64,000 bases of DNA from Turneriella sp. (GTDB taxonomy: Bacteria > Spirochaetota > Leptospiria > Turneriellales > Turneriellaceae). The notes beneath the pieces were generated by a model. It had not been told where the DNA came from. It saw only the letters and a list, made by a program, of their open reading frames with translations, and did not search any database. The position numbers and the translations under genes were made by a program. Location of the stretch: the NCBI GenBank assembly GCA_965279515.1, contig CBDIID010000003.1, positions 4,736,001 through 4,800,000 on the forward strand, given 5' to 3'. Position 1 is the stretch's first letter, and each line of letters starts with the position of its first letter. Below, in pieces: positions 18,855 to 29,817 of this stretch.

Positions 18855-19751
18855 TTACGTCGTTGCGGCCGGCTTTTGTTTGCGCCGCATGAACAGCATC
18901 ATGACGGCGATGAGGCCACCGACCAGAAAACCCGTGACGCCAAAAAGAAAGTAGTTCGCCCTCGGTTTAAAGGGGATGGCTATCTGTGCTATAATGGCTT
19001 CGGAACCTGCGGCTTTGACGAGAATTTTGAAGGCCGGCTGGTCTGACTTGATATTACGTCCCGCTTTGACCGTCAGATTCGCCTGGAACCGACCATCGGG
19101 CCCCGCGGTGATGTTTTCAGGGCGGCATGCCGGTGCGCACCCGGTAACATTGAGCGTCGGTACCGGTTTGTCGTCGAGGTTTAAGATTTCGAGGGCGATC
19201 GCTTTGGTATTCACCAGAACCCCTGAGAGAATCACGGCACTCGAAGTGCCGGGGGCCAAGCCTTCCTTTTTCCAGGTTTCGGGCAGAACATAGCTGAGTG
19301 TAGAACCCGACCCGATAAAATCGGGTTGGTAGCGTGTGACGACCTGGCTGAAGGGCCGGAGTGCAAACTTGTGGAAATCTTCGGGTGTCAGGTTGCTGAT
19401 TTTATCCGCTTTCTCGCGGTAATAAGATATCGCCGAAACGCGTTCCTTGTTTTCTTCGAGGATTGCCGCGCCACCGCCGAGACGGCGCATTCCCGCGCTG
19501 ATCAGTTGGGCATCCTTCTGCGTTTTGATCTTGTCACCCGATACGCTAAAAGAGATGGCCCAAAGCTTCTCGCTGGGGGCGATTTCAGTTTCAGTAACGG
19601 TATCGAATTTTACGGTGCAGGCGGGCGGTTGTGTAGCAGGGCAGGCCGCTGCCAAAATCTCTTTTTTGAGCTGGGCCATCGTGGTCGCGACCGATGCGGA
19701 AATTACGGTGGTATAACTGAGGGCTATGAGAACGATCAGGCGGTGGAACAT
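18855..19751 (-). CDS. Exported hypothetical protein with C-terminal membrane anchor
   Basis: Signal peptide from ATG 19751; Cys pairs; C-terminal TM followed by a basic tail (MRRKQK). Confidence 0.65.
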   Translation of the reverse strand: MFHRLIVLIALSYTTVISASVATTMAQLKKEILAAACPATQPPACTVKFDTVTETEIAPSEKLWAISFSVSGDKIKTQKDAQLISAGMRRLGGGAAILEENKERVSAISYYREKADKISNLTPEDFHKFALRPFSQVVTRYQPDFIGSGSTLSYVLPETWKKEGLAPGTSSAVILSGVLVNTKAIALEILNLDDKPVPTLNVTGCAPACRPENITAGPDGRFQANLTVKAGRNIKSDQPAFKILVKAAGSEAIIAQIAIPFKPRANYFLFGVTGFLVGGLIAVMMLFMRRKQKPAATT

Positions 19752-19801
19752 GCCGGCCGCTTTGGCATCTGCGAACACAGTGTAACCCAGTTTGCGCCTT
19801 A

Positions 19802-19858
19802 GTCTGCGCTCAGACGACCTCCTGTCGGCGCAGACCCAACGGCTTCCATGCCGCTTGG
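19802..19858 (-). repeat. Two-hairpin GGA-loop element (same architecture as 11544-11600)
   Basis: Minus strand: ccaag-cggcATGGAAgccg-ttgg, then gtctgcgc-cgacAGGAGgtcg-tctga-gcgcagac. Confidence 0.6.
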
Positions 19859-19892
19859 TTTACGCCCTGTCTTAAGCCCAGCCTTTGGAGGT

Positions 19893-21461
<1,569 letters not shown>

Positions 21462-21479
21462 GGTTATCCGAAAATAGCG

Positions 21480-22109
21480 TTAGGCACGAATCCAAATCTT
21501 CCCGTTCTCAAGTTTCGCTTCAAACTTTTTCAGTGGTTTAGGGCCGCCGGAAATGCATTGGCCGTTTTTCAGATCAAATTTCCAGTCATGGAAGGGACAT
21601 GTCAGCGTCATGCCATAGGCACCGGTTACGGGAATAACATTTTTCTGGTGCGGGCATTCGGCGCTGTAAACCATCACCCCGCCTGAGGTTGATACCGCAT
21701 AATACGCTTCTGTGCCGGATTTCAAAAAGTGCGGCTCATTTTCTTTTAAGGGGGATGCATCCCCCAGCTCGCGCCACGCGCTTTCTTTTTGCGCGGCATC
21801 CACATGAGCGAACTCGGGCAAATTCATTTCGAGAATGATATCCATCGCCCAGACAATCTTACTGAAACCGAGTGCTGGCATCGCGAAGAGCAGGGCATCG
21901 ATGATTTCGTCGGCGCTCGCCCCTTCTTTGAGCGCGCGCGGCAGGTATTGCCTGAGGCCATTTGCCGTTTTTGCATGCACCTTGGTGATGACCGAGATCA
22001 GCGCGGCGGTCTTTTTATCGAGGTGGCTGCCTGCCTGCTTGAGAAAGGTGAAGTAAGCGCCCATGGCTTCGGGCCGGGCCTTGATGAGATAATCCAGCGC
22101 TTTGCTCAT
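21480..22109 (-). CDS. CMD/AhpD-like domain fused to a Rieske [2Fe-2S] ferredoxin
   Basis: N-terminal LDKKTAALI...ALKEGASADEIIDAL (CMD fold); C-terminal CPH...CPFHDWKFDL Rieske motif. Confidence 0.8.
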   Translation of the reverse strand: MSKALDYLIKARPEAMGAYFTFLKQAGSHLDKKTAALISVITKVHAKTANGLRQYLPRALKEGASADEIIDALLFAMPALGFSKIVWAMDIILEMNLPEFAHVDAAQKESAWRELGDASPLKENEPHFLKSGTEAYYAVSTSGGVMVYSAECPHQKNVIPVTGAYGMTLTCPFHDWKFDLKNGQCISGGPKPLKKFEAKLENGKIWIRA

Positions 22110-22148
22110 GCTGATAAACTCCGTGCGCGTAACGGGGCGGCAAGCGGT

Positions 22149-22898
22149 TCAAAAGGTCTGGCGCGGGTTTCTGAACCAACCGACGAAGGGCAGGCGCATA
22201 AGAAAGATTACCTGGCAGAGGAGCATCTGCAGAAACGAGCTGTTGGGCGCGACACCCACGAGGGCCGCAATTTCGCTACGGACGCGGGGCCGCACGCGGG
22301 TGAAAAAGTCGGTCAAAAGCGTGGCCGCCTCGGCCGAATAGCGGCGGCGAATCAGCGAACGCGTCAGGCGGTGCGCAATCGCCAGCGCGAAGTCGACCCT
22401 GAGGTAGAGCCCCCAGAGATAAAACCTGCGGAAACGGCTGTTGCCCAGACCGGCTCGGGTTTCGTTCTCGCCGAACGCAATATGCGTCTGTTCGTCGCGG
22501 GCGATCGCTTTCAGGTGGTTCGTGATCTTGCGGTCATCGACGTGTGCGATCAGGACTTCCATGAGATAGAGCACCCAGCGCTCCCCGAGCGCCTTGTCTA
22601 AAAAGCAATGTTCGAGCCACAACCGCCCAGTGACAGGCGCCATGATCAGCGTTAAGAGCCAGGGGGATGCGGGAATCTTTTTTACTGCGGCCGTGTGCTC
22701 GTAGAGCGTGCGGTACATATGCGCATGGCGGATTTCGTCACAGATCTGCTTCGCCAGAAAGTCCGCAGCCTCCAGGTTGGGGGCACGGTTCAGCGCATAA
22801 CCTTCCTTTAGACCCGTGAATTCGCCGTCGATGAAGCGCGCGAAGATAAAGGCCAGAAGATCGCGGTCCTTTTCAACAGTCAGCTTTAGCCTACCCAC
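22149..22898 (-). CDS. Ferritin-like di-iron protein
   Basis: DGE, DEIRH, GE and DEQTH ligand spacing. GTG start is approximate. Confidence 0.75.
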   Translation of the reverse strand: MGRLKLTVEKDRDLLAFIFARFIDGEFTGLKEGYALNRAPNLEAADFLAKQICDEIRHAHMYRTLYEHTAAVKKIPASPWLLTLIMAPVTGRLWLEHCFLDKALGERWVLYLMEVLIAHVDDRKITNHLKAIARDEQTHIAFGENETRAGLGNSRFRRFYLWGLYLRVDFALAIAHRLTRSLIRRRYSAEAATLLTDFFTRVRPRVRSEIAALVGVAPNSSFLQMLLCQVIFLMRLPFVGWFRNPRQTF

Positions 22899-22950
22899 GC
22901 GGCAGCCAATAATGGCTTTCCGCCCCTCAAAGCAAAAAAAAATCTCCGTG

Positions 22951-23952
22951 ATGGCCTTATTCGACGAGTGCTTCGCCTCCGAGGCGGATGTTTCCCTTGC
23001 CCCCAAAGATATCGATAAATTCTGGAATGCTCAGATTGCCCGGCTCAAAAAAGTTCCGCTGGAAGTGCTGACCAAGAAAAAGGTTTCGGCGAAGATTTTT
23101 ACCGAGCAAAATCTGATGGTGGAGTTCCAGAGTGTGGACAAGTACCACATGCAGGCGCAGTTTATTGCGCCGAGAAAGCTGACAGGTAAGCCACCGCTCG
23201 TCGTTATTTTTCCCGATTATGGTAAGGAAGCCGTGGCCTATAAAGGCCTCATGAACGCCGGCATCGCGCAGATGGTTATCCGTATGCGCGGCCACGAAGC
23301 GCCGCGGCCTATCCATGCCGCAGAGCCGGGGCAAGCAGTGAAAAAGGACGACAAACGCGAAGAGAGCTATGGTTATTTTAGCGAGCGCGTGCTGGAACCC
23401 ACAGAATATTACGCCAGTAAAATCTACCTCGACGCTTACCGGGCTCTGGAAGTCGCGCGTTTAAGGCGTGAAATCGATAGCTCGCGCATCGGTATTATCG
23501 GGCAGGGCGTGGGGGCGGCGCAGGCGCTGTTCGCCGCGGCATACATGGAGCGCGGTGAGGCTCTTTATCTCGAAAATCCCGCCTTTCTCAATCTCGACCA
23601 TACCCAGAATATTTCCGAAGCCGACTATGCACGGGAGATCAACAACGCTGCGCGTGGCAGTAAAAAAGTAAAGCAGCAGATTAAGGAAAACCTGCGCTAT
23701 TTCGATCCGGTTTATTTTGCGCGTAAGATATCCGCAAGCACGGCGTTTTCCATTAACCTGACAAACAAGGAAGCCGTGCCGCACGGCGGCTTTGCGCTGT
23801 TTCACCTGCTGCAGCACGAGAAGGATATGTTTTTATTCACAGAAGGTGATTCGGTCGCGCTCGCCGAAGAAAAGCGTAAAACCGTATTAAATGCGGTGCG
23901 CTATTTTCGGGAGAAACTACTCGGCCAGAAAGTCGATCACAACGAAGATTGA
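22951..23952 (+). CDS. Acetylxylan esterase (CE7/AXE1) family protein with degenerate nucleophile
   Basis: PKDIDKFW, RGH, YLDAYRAL, ID.SRIG and YFDPVYFA match CE7; GQGVG replaces GxSxG. Confidence 0.75.
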   Translation: MALFDECFASEADVSLAPKDIDKFWNAQIARLKKVPLEVLTKKKVSAKIFTEQNLMVEFQSVDKYHMQAQFIAPRKLTGKPPLVVIFPDYGKEAVAYKGLMNAGIAQMVIRMRGHEAPRPIHAAEPGQAVKKDDKREESYGYFSERVLEPTEYYASKIYLDAYRALEVARLRREIDSSRIGIIGQGVGAAQALFAAAYMERGEALYLENPAFLNLDHTQNISEADYAREINNAARGSKKVKQQIKENLRYFDPVYFARKISASTAFSINLTNKEAVPHGGFALFHLLQHEKDMFLFTEGDSVALAEEKRKTVLNAVRYFREKLLGQKVDHNED

Positions 23953-23954
23953 GA

Positions 23955-24311
23955 TCAGTCGACGTCTACAACGACATAGATCGTCTCAGCGTCATTTTTC
24001 GCAGCCGCGAGCGGTTTGTCGATACGGATGCTGACCCGGGAACACCCGGAGAATGTTTTTAATCCCTGACCCACATTTAAAGCGATATTTTCTATCAGCT
24101 CATAGTGACGCAGCGCGATAATCCGGCGGATTTCTGCCGATAGCGTATCATAGTCGACCGAATGTTTCATGTCGTCGATTTCGACGGGAGCGCTATGGAA
24201 GAAGAGTTTTGCGCTGACAAAAATTTTCTGCCGGGATTCTTTTTCGCTCGAATAAATACCGACGGATGCGTCGATCTTCAGCCGATCAATGCCGATTTCT
24301 AATGGTCTCAA
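23955..24311 (-). CDS. folB: Dihydroneopterin aldolase
   Basis: VGIYSSEK..RQ, SVDY, LIEN, IDKP. Confidence 0.85.
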   Translation of the reverse strand: MRPLEIGIDRLKIDASVGIYSSEKESRQKIFVSAKLFFHSAPVEIDDMKHSVDYDTLSAEIRRIIALRHYELIENIALNVGQGLKTFSGCSRVSIRIDKPLAAAKNDAETIYVVVDVD

Positions 24312-25290
24312 GTTTCTGTCTCCACTTCCACGCTGTTTCGACGATGGTTTTCAGGTCGCTCAGCGTGGGCCTCCAGCCGAGTGCCTTGTTGGCTTTGGTG
24401 CTATCTGCCACGAGATAGGGGGCGTCGCCTGCGCGGCGCGGATGCATTTCAGATACAATCTTTTTGCCCAGCACTTCTTCGGTCGCGCGGATGACTTCAC
24501 TGACGGAAGCTCCGTTACCCGTGCCGAGGTTAAAGGCTTGGCATCCTTTATTCGTTTTCAAAAATTCCAAACCGCGTATATGCGCGTCGACGAGATCCGA
24601 TACATGAATATAGTCGCGCACCGCCGTACCGTCGTGGCCGGCGATAGTATAGTCGTTGCCGAAAATACGCAAAGGAAATTTGCCGTCAGACAGCGCTGCG
24701 CGCAGGATGTTGGGAATCAGGTGCGTCTCCGGGTCATGCCATTCTCCCGTCTCACACTTTTTGTCGGCTCCAGCCGCATTGAAATAGCGAAAGATGACCG
24801 AATCAAAATCATAAACTTTCGCAAAATCTTCGAGCATAAGCTCGAGCATACGTTTGCTCTGCGCGTATGGGTTAATCGGCTGAATCGGTGTATTTTCGTC
24901 GAGCGGTTCCGGTTTTTCCATCACGCCGTAGACCGCGCAGGTTGAAGATAAGATGAATTTTCTGACGCCGGATTTTCTCAAGGCGGCGATAAATTTCATG
25001 CCCGAAACCACGTTATTCAGGTAGTAGGGCAAAGGTTCGACCACGGATTCACCGACGTTGATCAGCGAGGCAAAATGCATGGCCGCTTCGATGCCGAAAT
25101 CTTTTACCAGTTTCGACACCAAAGCCTCGTCGCCGACGTCTCCCTCAACGTGTTCGATGCCCACGACGTATTCGCGGTGGCCGGTTACGAAGTTATCCAG
25201 TACAACAGGACGATAACCGGCTTTCGCCAGCGCCCGTACCGCGGTTGAGCCGATATAGCCCGCGCCACCACTGACAAGGATATTCTTCAT
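24286..25290 (-). CDS. galE: UDP-glucose 4-epimerase
   Basis: GGAGYIGS, VGESV.EPL.YY.NN, SSTCAVYG, YAQSK, RYFNAAGA, RDYIHV. Confidence 0.95.
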   Translation of the reverse strand: MKNILVSGGAGYIGSTAVRALAKAGYRPVVLDNFVTGHREYVVGIEHVEGDVGDEALVSKLVKDFGIEAAMHFASLINVGESVVEPLPYYLNNVVSGMKFIAALRKSGVRKFILSSTCAVYGVMEKPEPLDENTPIQPINPYAQSKRMLELMLEDFAKVYDFDSVIFRYFNAAGADKKCETGEWHDPETHLIPNILRAALSDGKFPLRIFGNDYTIAGHDGTAVRDYIHVSDLVDAHIRGLEFLKTNKGCQAFNLGTGNGASVSEVIRATEEVLGKKIVSEMHPRRAGDAPYLVADSTKANKALGWRPTLSDLKTIVETAWKWRQKLETIRNRH

Positions 25291-26621
25291 CAGCCCGCCA
25301 CCGCAATCTTGCCGATGAGCAGGTCGGGAACGCGTACCGAACTGTATTGATCGCTGTACTCCGACGAAACCGCTTCGATGTTTTTAATCATATCGAAGAA
25401 ATTAGAGCTGAGTGTAATGCGATCCACCGCCTGTGTGCGCTCGCCGTTCTCGTAGAGAAAACCCTGGGCGCCGATCGACAGCTCGCCTGAGATCGCGGAA
25501 CAACCTGCCGCCCCTTCGAGTTTATCAATCATGAGGATTTTTCCTTGCGAGAGAAGTTCTTTCTGTGTAGCACCTCCCGGGTCGACGACCAGGTTCTTAA
25601 ATCCGGTGCCGGCTTTTGAGGCCACCGAGCGCACGCTGTTGCCGGTAGGCTGTACTTTATCGATGGCCGCCGCCTCGAGATTATATAGAAATTGTACAAA
25701 TTTGCCCTTTTCCACAACAGCGAGATCGCGGGTTGGAACACCTTCGCCGTCGCGGGCGCGAGAGCCTTTCAGGTCTTTTCTGTGCGCCATCGAGCGAATA
25801 CTGAGCACGGGTGATGCAATCATTTCACCGAGCCTGCCCTTGAGGCGCGACTGCCCGCGAATCGCCAGCTCGGCAAAAAACGGCGAACCATACATCGAGA
25901 TAATCTGTCCACTCACTCTATTCGAAAACAGAATCCGGTACTCTCCCGAAGCGACGGGCGTAGCGCCGAGTTGTTCGACTGTGCGTTCGACCGCGCGCTC
26001 CGCAATGCGCAGGCTTTCGAGTTCGGCGAAGCTTTGCCGGCTGTTGCTGTAGAAGCCCATCTTCTTCTGATCGCCCAGCGCTGCCACAGCCGCTGAGTAA
26101 GCGCTGAAATCCTGATCGGCATGCGAATACGAGACACCATTCGAGTTCAGGAAATAGCCACGAGAGCTTGAGCGCGCTGCGCCTGTATACGGCACATTCT
26201 CGACGCGTTTGTCGATGGCGCGCGCTTTGTCTTCCAGGTCCACCGCAAAACGCGCCAGCTCGCTGAATGGCGTTTTATCGAAATCGGCGGAAAGATGATC
26301 AAAATTCTCGCCGGAGGCGGGTAAGTTTTCCGCGACGGAAAATGCGACGGGGTCGGTGAGATGTGTGTGCGACAGCGCGTCGTCGAGGCAGATCTTCAGC
26401 GCGTCGGGGGCCAGCTTCTCGGTGAAAGCGATACCCGGCCGTGCGTCGCGGAACACGCGAATGCCGAGCGCGGCGGAACGCTGGATCTCCGTATTGCTGA
26501 TTTTTTTCTCGAAAACTTCGACACTCTCACTGAACGAGTCATAGGCAACGATATCAAAATCATTGCAACCTGCCGCACGGGCGAGCGAGGCGATTTTGTC
26601 GATTGCTTCTTCAACTTGCAT
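25290..26621 (-). CDS. pmbA: TldE/PmbA family protein
   Basis: LGIRVF, DGEGVPT, TGNS, ISGELSIGAQG; downstream of tldD. Confidence 0.85.
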   Translation of the reverse strand: MQVEEAIDKIASLARAAGCNDFDIVAYDSFSESVEVFEKKISNTEIQRSAALGIRVFRDARPGIAFTEKLAPDALKICLDDALSHTHLTDPVAFSVAENLPASGENFDHLSADFDKTPFSELARFAVDLEDKARAIDKRVENVPYTGAARSSSRGYFLNSNGVSYSHADQDFSAYSAAVAALGDQKKMGFYSNSRQSFAELESLRIAERAVERTVEQLGATPVASGEYRILFSNRVSGQIISMYGSPFFAELAIRGQSRLKGRLGEMIASPVLSIRSMAHRKDLKGSRARDGEGVPTRDLAVVEKGKFVQFLYNLEAAAIDKVQPTGNSVRSVASKAGTGFKNLVVDPGGATQKELLSQGKILMIDKLEGAAGCSAISGELSIGAQGFLYENGERTQAVDRITLSSNFFDMIKNIEAVSSEYSDQYSSVRVPDLLIGKIAVAG

Positions 26622-26656
26622 TGTTATTTTTTACCCTTTGAAATGTCAGATAGCGA

Positions 26657-26731
26657 ACCGCAAAGGACGCGGAGTTGCGCAAAGACCATCTCCGGGCATC
26701 TTGCTCCGCGTAACTTTGCGCACTCTGCGGT
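26657..26731. repeat. REP-like imperfect palindrome, family A copy 2
   Basis: Arms ACCGCAAAGGACGCGGAGTTGCGCAAAG and CTCCGCGTAACTTTGCGCACTCTGCGGT in the tldD-pmbA spacer. Confidence 0.75.
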
Positions 26732-26736
26732 GAATT

Positions 26737-28125
26737 TCATCTTCCACCTACCAACATTTCGTCAACCTTCAGCGTCGGCTGTCCCACAGTCACAGGCACG
26801 CTGCCTGAGGATGCCCCGCACATACCAGCGGTAATTTCCAGGTCGGCGGCCACCATCGAGATCTGTGGTAAAATTTCATGGCCCTTACCGATGAGCGTTG
26901 CGCCCCGCACCGGCTCAGAGATTTTCCCGTTGCGGATACGGTAACCTTCTTCGACAGCAAAATTAAATTCCCCCGTCGCTGGGTTCACCGAACCGCCGCC
27001 GAGTTTGGGGGCATAGAGTCCGTCAGTGACGCCCGTGAGCATTTCATCGAGCGTATTGGTGCCGGCGGCAATATAGGTATTGCGCATGCGCGACACCGGC
27101 GCATATTTATACGATTCACGGCGCGCTGAACCCGTGCGGCGTACATTGCATTCAAGCGCGCCAACGCGGTCAGAGATAAAGTTTTTGAGGATGCCATTTT
27201 CGATCAGAACGGTTTTTTCCGTCGGCATGCCCTCGTCGTCGATGGCCACCGAGCCCCAGCTGCCGAAGATGGTGCCGTCGTCGATGGCCGTGACAGCCGT
27301 ATGGGCAATTTGCTGACCGAGCTTTTCTGCGAAAGGCGTGGCTTTTTTGCGCACCGCCTCCGTTTCCAGGGGATGGCCACAGGCTTCGTGGAAAATGACA
27401 CCGCCAAAACCGTTGCCCAGGATGATGGGCATCTTTTTGCCCTCGATATAACCGGCAGACAGCATGCGCACGGCCCGCTCAGCCGCGACGCGTGTGAAAT
27501 GCTCGATATCGAGCTTATCAAAAAATTCAAAACCCTGCAGCGCACCCGGCGACTCACCGGCGACAAAACGTTCGCCATCCTTTTCGGTAGTTACAGACAC
27601 TGAAAACCGTGTGCGTGTGCGTTCATCGGTGACAAACAGCCCTTCGCTATTGGCGATAGAGATTTTTTTCGTGGCATCCCCTAAAGATGCGGAAACCTGA
27701 GCGACCGCCGGGGAGACCGCATACCCGGCTTTTTCGGCCCGCAGCAGCAAAGGCAGCTTCGCAGCCTGACCTGCCTCGGCCGGTCGGCGCAAGACATCTT
27801 GCATGCGCGGGGCATGGGCGAGTGTCGGCAATGCCAGCTTGTCATGCTTTGCCGCCTGGCCACTGGCGGCGCGCGCCGCAACGAGGGCCCGCAGCAGCGT
27901 CATCAGGTCTTCTTCGCTGTCGCTGCCCGTGTAACCATAGACAACATCGCTGCCGTAAAGGAGCCGCAACCCCAGCCCATACTCGATGCCGGCAGTCGCG
28001 GTCTCGATCTTGTGGTCTCTCAGTGAAACCGAGGCATTGCGCGTCTCCTCTTCATAGATGTCGGCGAATGTCGCACCGGCGTCGAGTGCGGCGCCGATGA
28101 CCTTTTCCGCAACGTGGGAATTCAT
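26737..28125 (-). CDS. tldD: TldD metalloprotease
   Basis: HEACGHPLE zinc motif, DDEG, RMRNTY, CG...VPVTVGQPT. Confidence 0.93.
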   Translation of the reverse strand: MNSHVAEKVIGAALDAGATFADIYEEETRNASVSLRDHKIETATAGIEYGLGLRLLYGSDVVYGYTGSDSEEDLMTLLRALVAARAASGQAAKHDKLALPTLAHAPRMQDVLRRPAEAGQAAKLPLLLRAEKAGYAVSPAVAQVSASLGDATKKISIANSEGLFVTDERTRTRFSVSVTTEKDGERFVAGESPGALQGFEFFDKLDIEHFTRVAAERAVRMLSAGYIEGKKMPIILGNGFGGVIFHEACGHPLETEAVRKKATPFAEKLGQQIAHTAVTAIDDGTIFGSWGSVAIDDEGMPTEKTVLIENGILKNFISDRVGALECNVRRTGSARRESYKYAPVSRMRNTYIAAGTNTLDEMLTGVTDGLYAPKLGGGSVNPATGEFNFAVEEGYRIRNGKISEPVRGATLIGKGHEILPQISMVAADLEITAGMCGASSGSVPVTVGQPTLKVDEMLVGGR

Positions 28126-28259
28126 ATGCCCGAAATTAACACAAAAACATGTCTGCCAGCTATTAATTAAATTGGGAAGTTATGAAAAAGTAAAATTTAG
28201 GGGCGCAAGCGCTTCGTTTGCGCGCATTCCTTCGCGCGGCATGGCCGCGCATGACTTTT

Positions 28260-29696
28260 TCATAACTTCCGGAGGGGTGCCACGGAGAATTTTGTCAGTC
28301 GTTTCAGGGCCGTTTCTGCAGCGTTAAATCCGCACATACCATGCACACCACCGCCTGGCGGCGTCGAGGCCGAGCACAGCAAAATACGCGGGTTAGGCGT
28401 TGTGTAGGGATTCAGGCGCAGCACGGGGCGCGAAATAAATTGCGCCAGATCGGCGACGCCGCCCGTGATCGCACCGCCGACATAATTGGCGTTGTAGGTT
28501 TCCATCGCCGCCGTATTCATGCTGTGGCGTTTCAGAATTGTTTTCTTAAAACCCGGCGCGAAACGTTCGATCTGGTTATCGATGATCGCCGACATGTCGG
28601 CGCGCGAACCCGCCGGCACATGGCAGTAGGCCCAGAAGGTATGCTTGCCTTTGGGGGCGCGTTTACGGTCAAACTCGCTCTGTTGCGTCACCAGCACAAA
28701 AGGTTGAGTGGGATGTCCCCCGTTCCAGACTTCGGCTTCACTCTGGGCTATTTCAGCGAATGTACCGCCGACATGCACCGTCGATGCCTTCAGGCACTCC
28801 GCATTCTTCCACGGGATGGATTTCCTGAGCGCATAATCGACCTTGAAGATACCGGGACCGTAGCGAAATTTCGCCAGCCGCTTCAGATAACCGGCCGGAA
28901 GCGCGTCCTGAAAGCCATTGACCAATAGGTTGGGACTCGTATCGAACAGATAGATTTTTGCTGCGGGCAGATCGGCGGGTGAACTGACGCGGTGGTTTGT
29001 GACAATCTTGCCGCCGAGTGACTTGAAGTACGAGGCGAGCGCCTTGGTGATCGCATGCGAGCCGCCGGCAGGTATCGGCCAGTTTTTTTTGTGCCCGATG
29101 ATGATGAAGATGAGCGCCACCGCGGCGGTCAGCGATTTATTGAAAGGCAAAATGGAATGCGCCGCGCAGCCGGCGATGAGTGCTTTCGCTTCTTCGCTCT
29201 TAAATCTCTTCGCGAGCGACTCCGCGGTGCGTACCGCCTCAAGCCCGAAGCGCGCCATGAGTATCGGGTGCCTGGGAAATTGCAGCGGCGTCAGCGCACC
29301 CTGGATGAGTTCATCCGCACAACAGACAAAGGGTTTGAGCAGGCGGTGGTAGGTCTTGCCGTCGACCCCAAGGCGGTCAGCCGTCTCTTCGAGAGATTCT
29401 GTGAGCAGCGCCACGTTGCCGTTGTCGAGCGGGTGTGCCACCGAGGCCTCGGGGTAAATCCACCTCAGGCCATGTTCTGCGAGCGGTAGAGTCTTAAAGA
29501 AAGGTGAAACGACACCCATCGGATGCACCGACGAGCAGACATCGTGTTTGAAACCCTTGAGCGTGAGTTCGGCGGTGCGTGTGCCGCCGCCGATTTCTTT
29601 ATGCGCCTCCAGTAGGGTGACGCTGGCGCCCGCCTGAGCCAGCCTGATCGCCGCGGCAAACCCGTTCGGTCCCGAGCCGACGACGACGGCGTCTAT
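28260..29696 (-). CDS. Phytoene desaturase-like FAD-dependent oxidoreductase (no canonical in-frame start)
   Basis: The frame extends 5' of the ORF-track start to IDAVVVGSGPNGFAAA...EIGGG (Rossmann motif); C-terminal CSASTPPGGGVHGMCG. First plausible codon is ATA at 29696. Confidence 0.8.
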   Translation of the reverse strand: MDAVVVGSGPNGFAAAIRLAQAGASVTLLEAHKEIGGGTRTAELTLKGFKHDVCSSVHPMGVVSPFFKTLPLAEHGLRWIYPEASVAHPLDNGNVALLTESLEETADRLGVDGKTYHRLLKPFVCCADELIQGALTPLQFPRHPILMARFGLEAVRTAESLAKRFKSEEAKALIAGCAAHSILPFNKSLTAAVALIFIIIGHKKNWPIPAGGSHAITKALASYFKSLGGKIVTNHRVSSPADLPAAKIYLFDTSPNLLVNGFQDALPAGYLKRLAKFRYGPGIFKVDYALRKSIPWKNAECLKASTVHVGGTFAEIAQSEAEVWNGGHPTQPFVLVTQQSEFDRKRAPKGKHTFWAYCHVPAGSRADMSAIIDNQIERFAPGFKKTILKRHSMNTAAMETYNANYVGGAITGGVADLAQFISRPVLRLNPYTTPNPRILLCSASTPPGGGVHGMCGFNAAETALKRLTKFSVAPLRKL

Positions 29697-29698
29697 AA

Positions 29699-29817
29699 CC
29701 CCACCCCGCGACCATGAGGTCGCTGCCCCTCCCCACGATGTGGAGAGGGGCCTTTGCGGTATTTCTGATTTCTGTTCCCCCTCTCCACGTGTGTGGGGAG
29801 GGGGTTAGGGGGTGGGG
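29699..29817. repeat. Inverted pair of G-rich REP-like elements (family B)
   Basis: Hairpins CCCCTCCCCAC..GTGGAGAGGGG (29726-29750) and CCCCCTCTCCAC..GTGGGGAGGGGG (29777-29804), each with an outward-facing GGGGTGGGG tail. Confidence 0.75.

Noticed and set aside
21750..21765. 16-bp palindrome GGGGGATGCATCCCCC
   Set aside because: It lies within a CDS (LGDASP) and may be chance, despite resembling 17917-17928.
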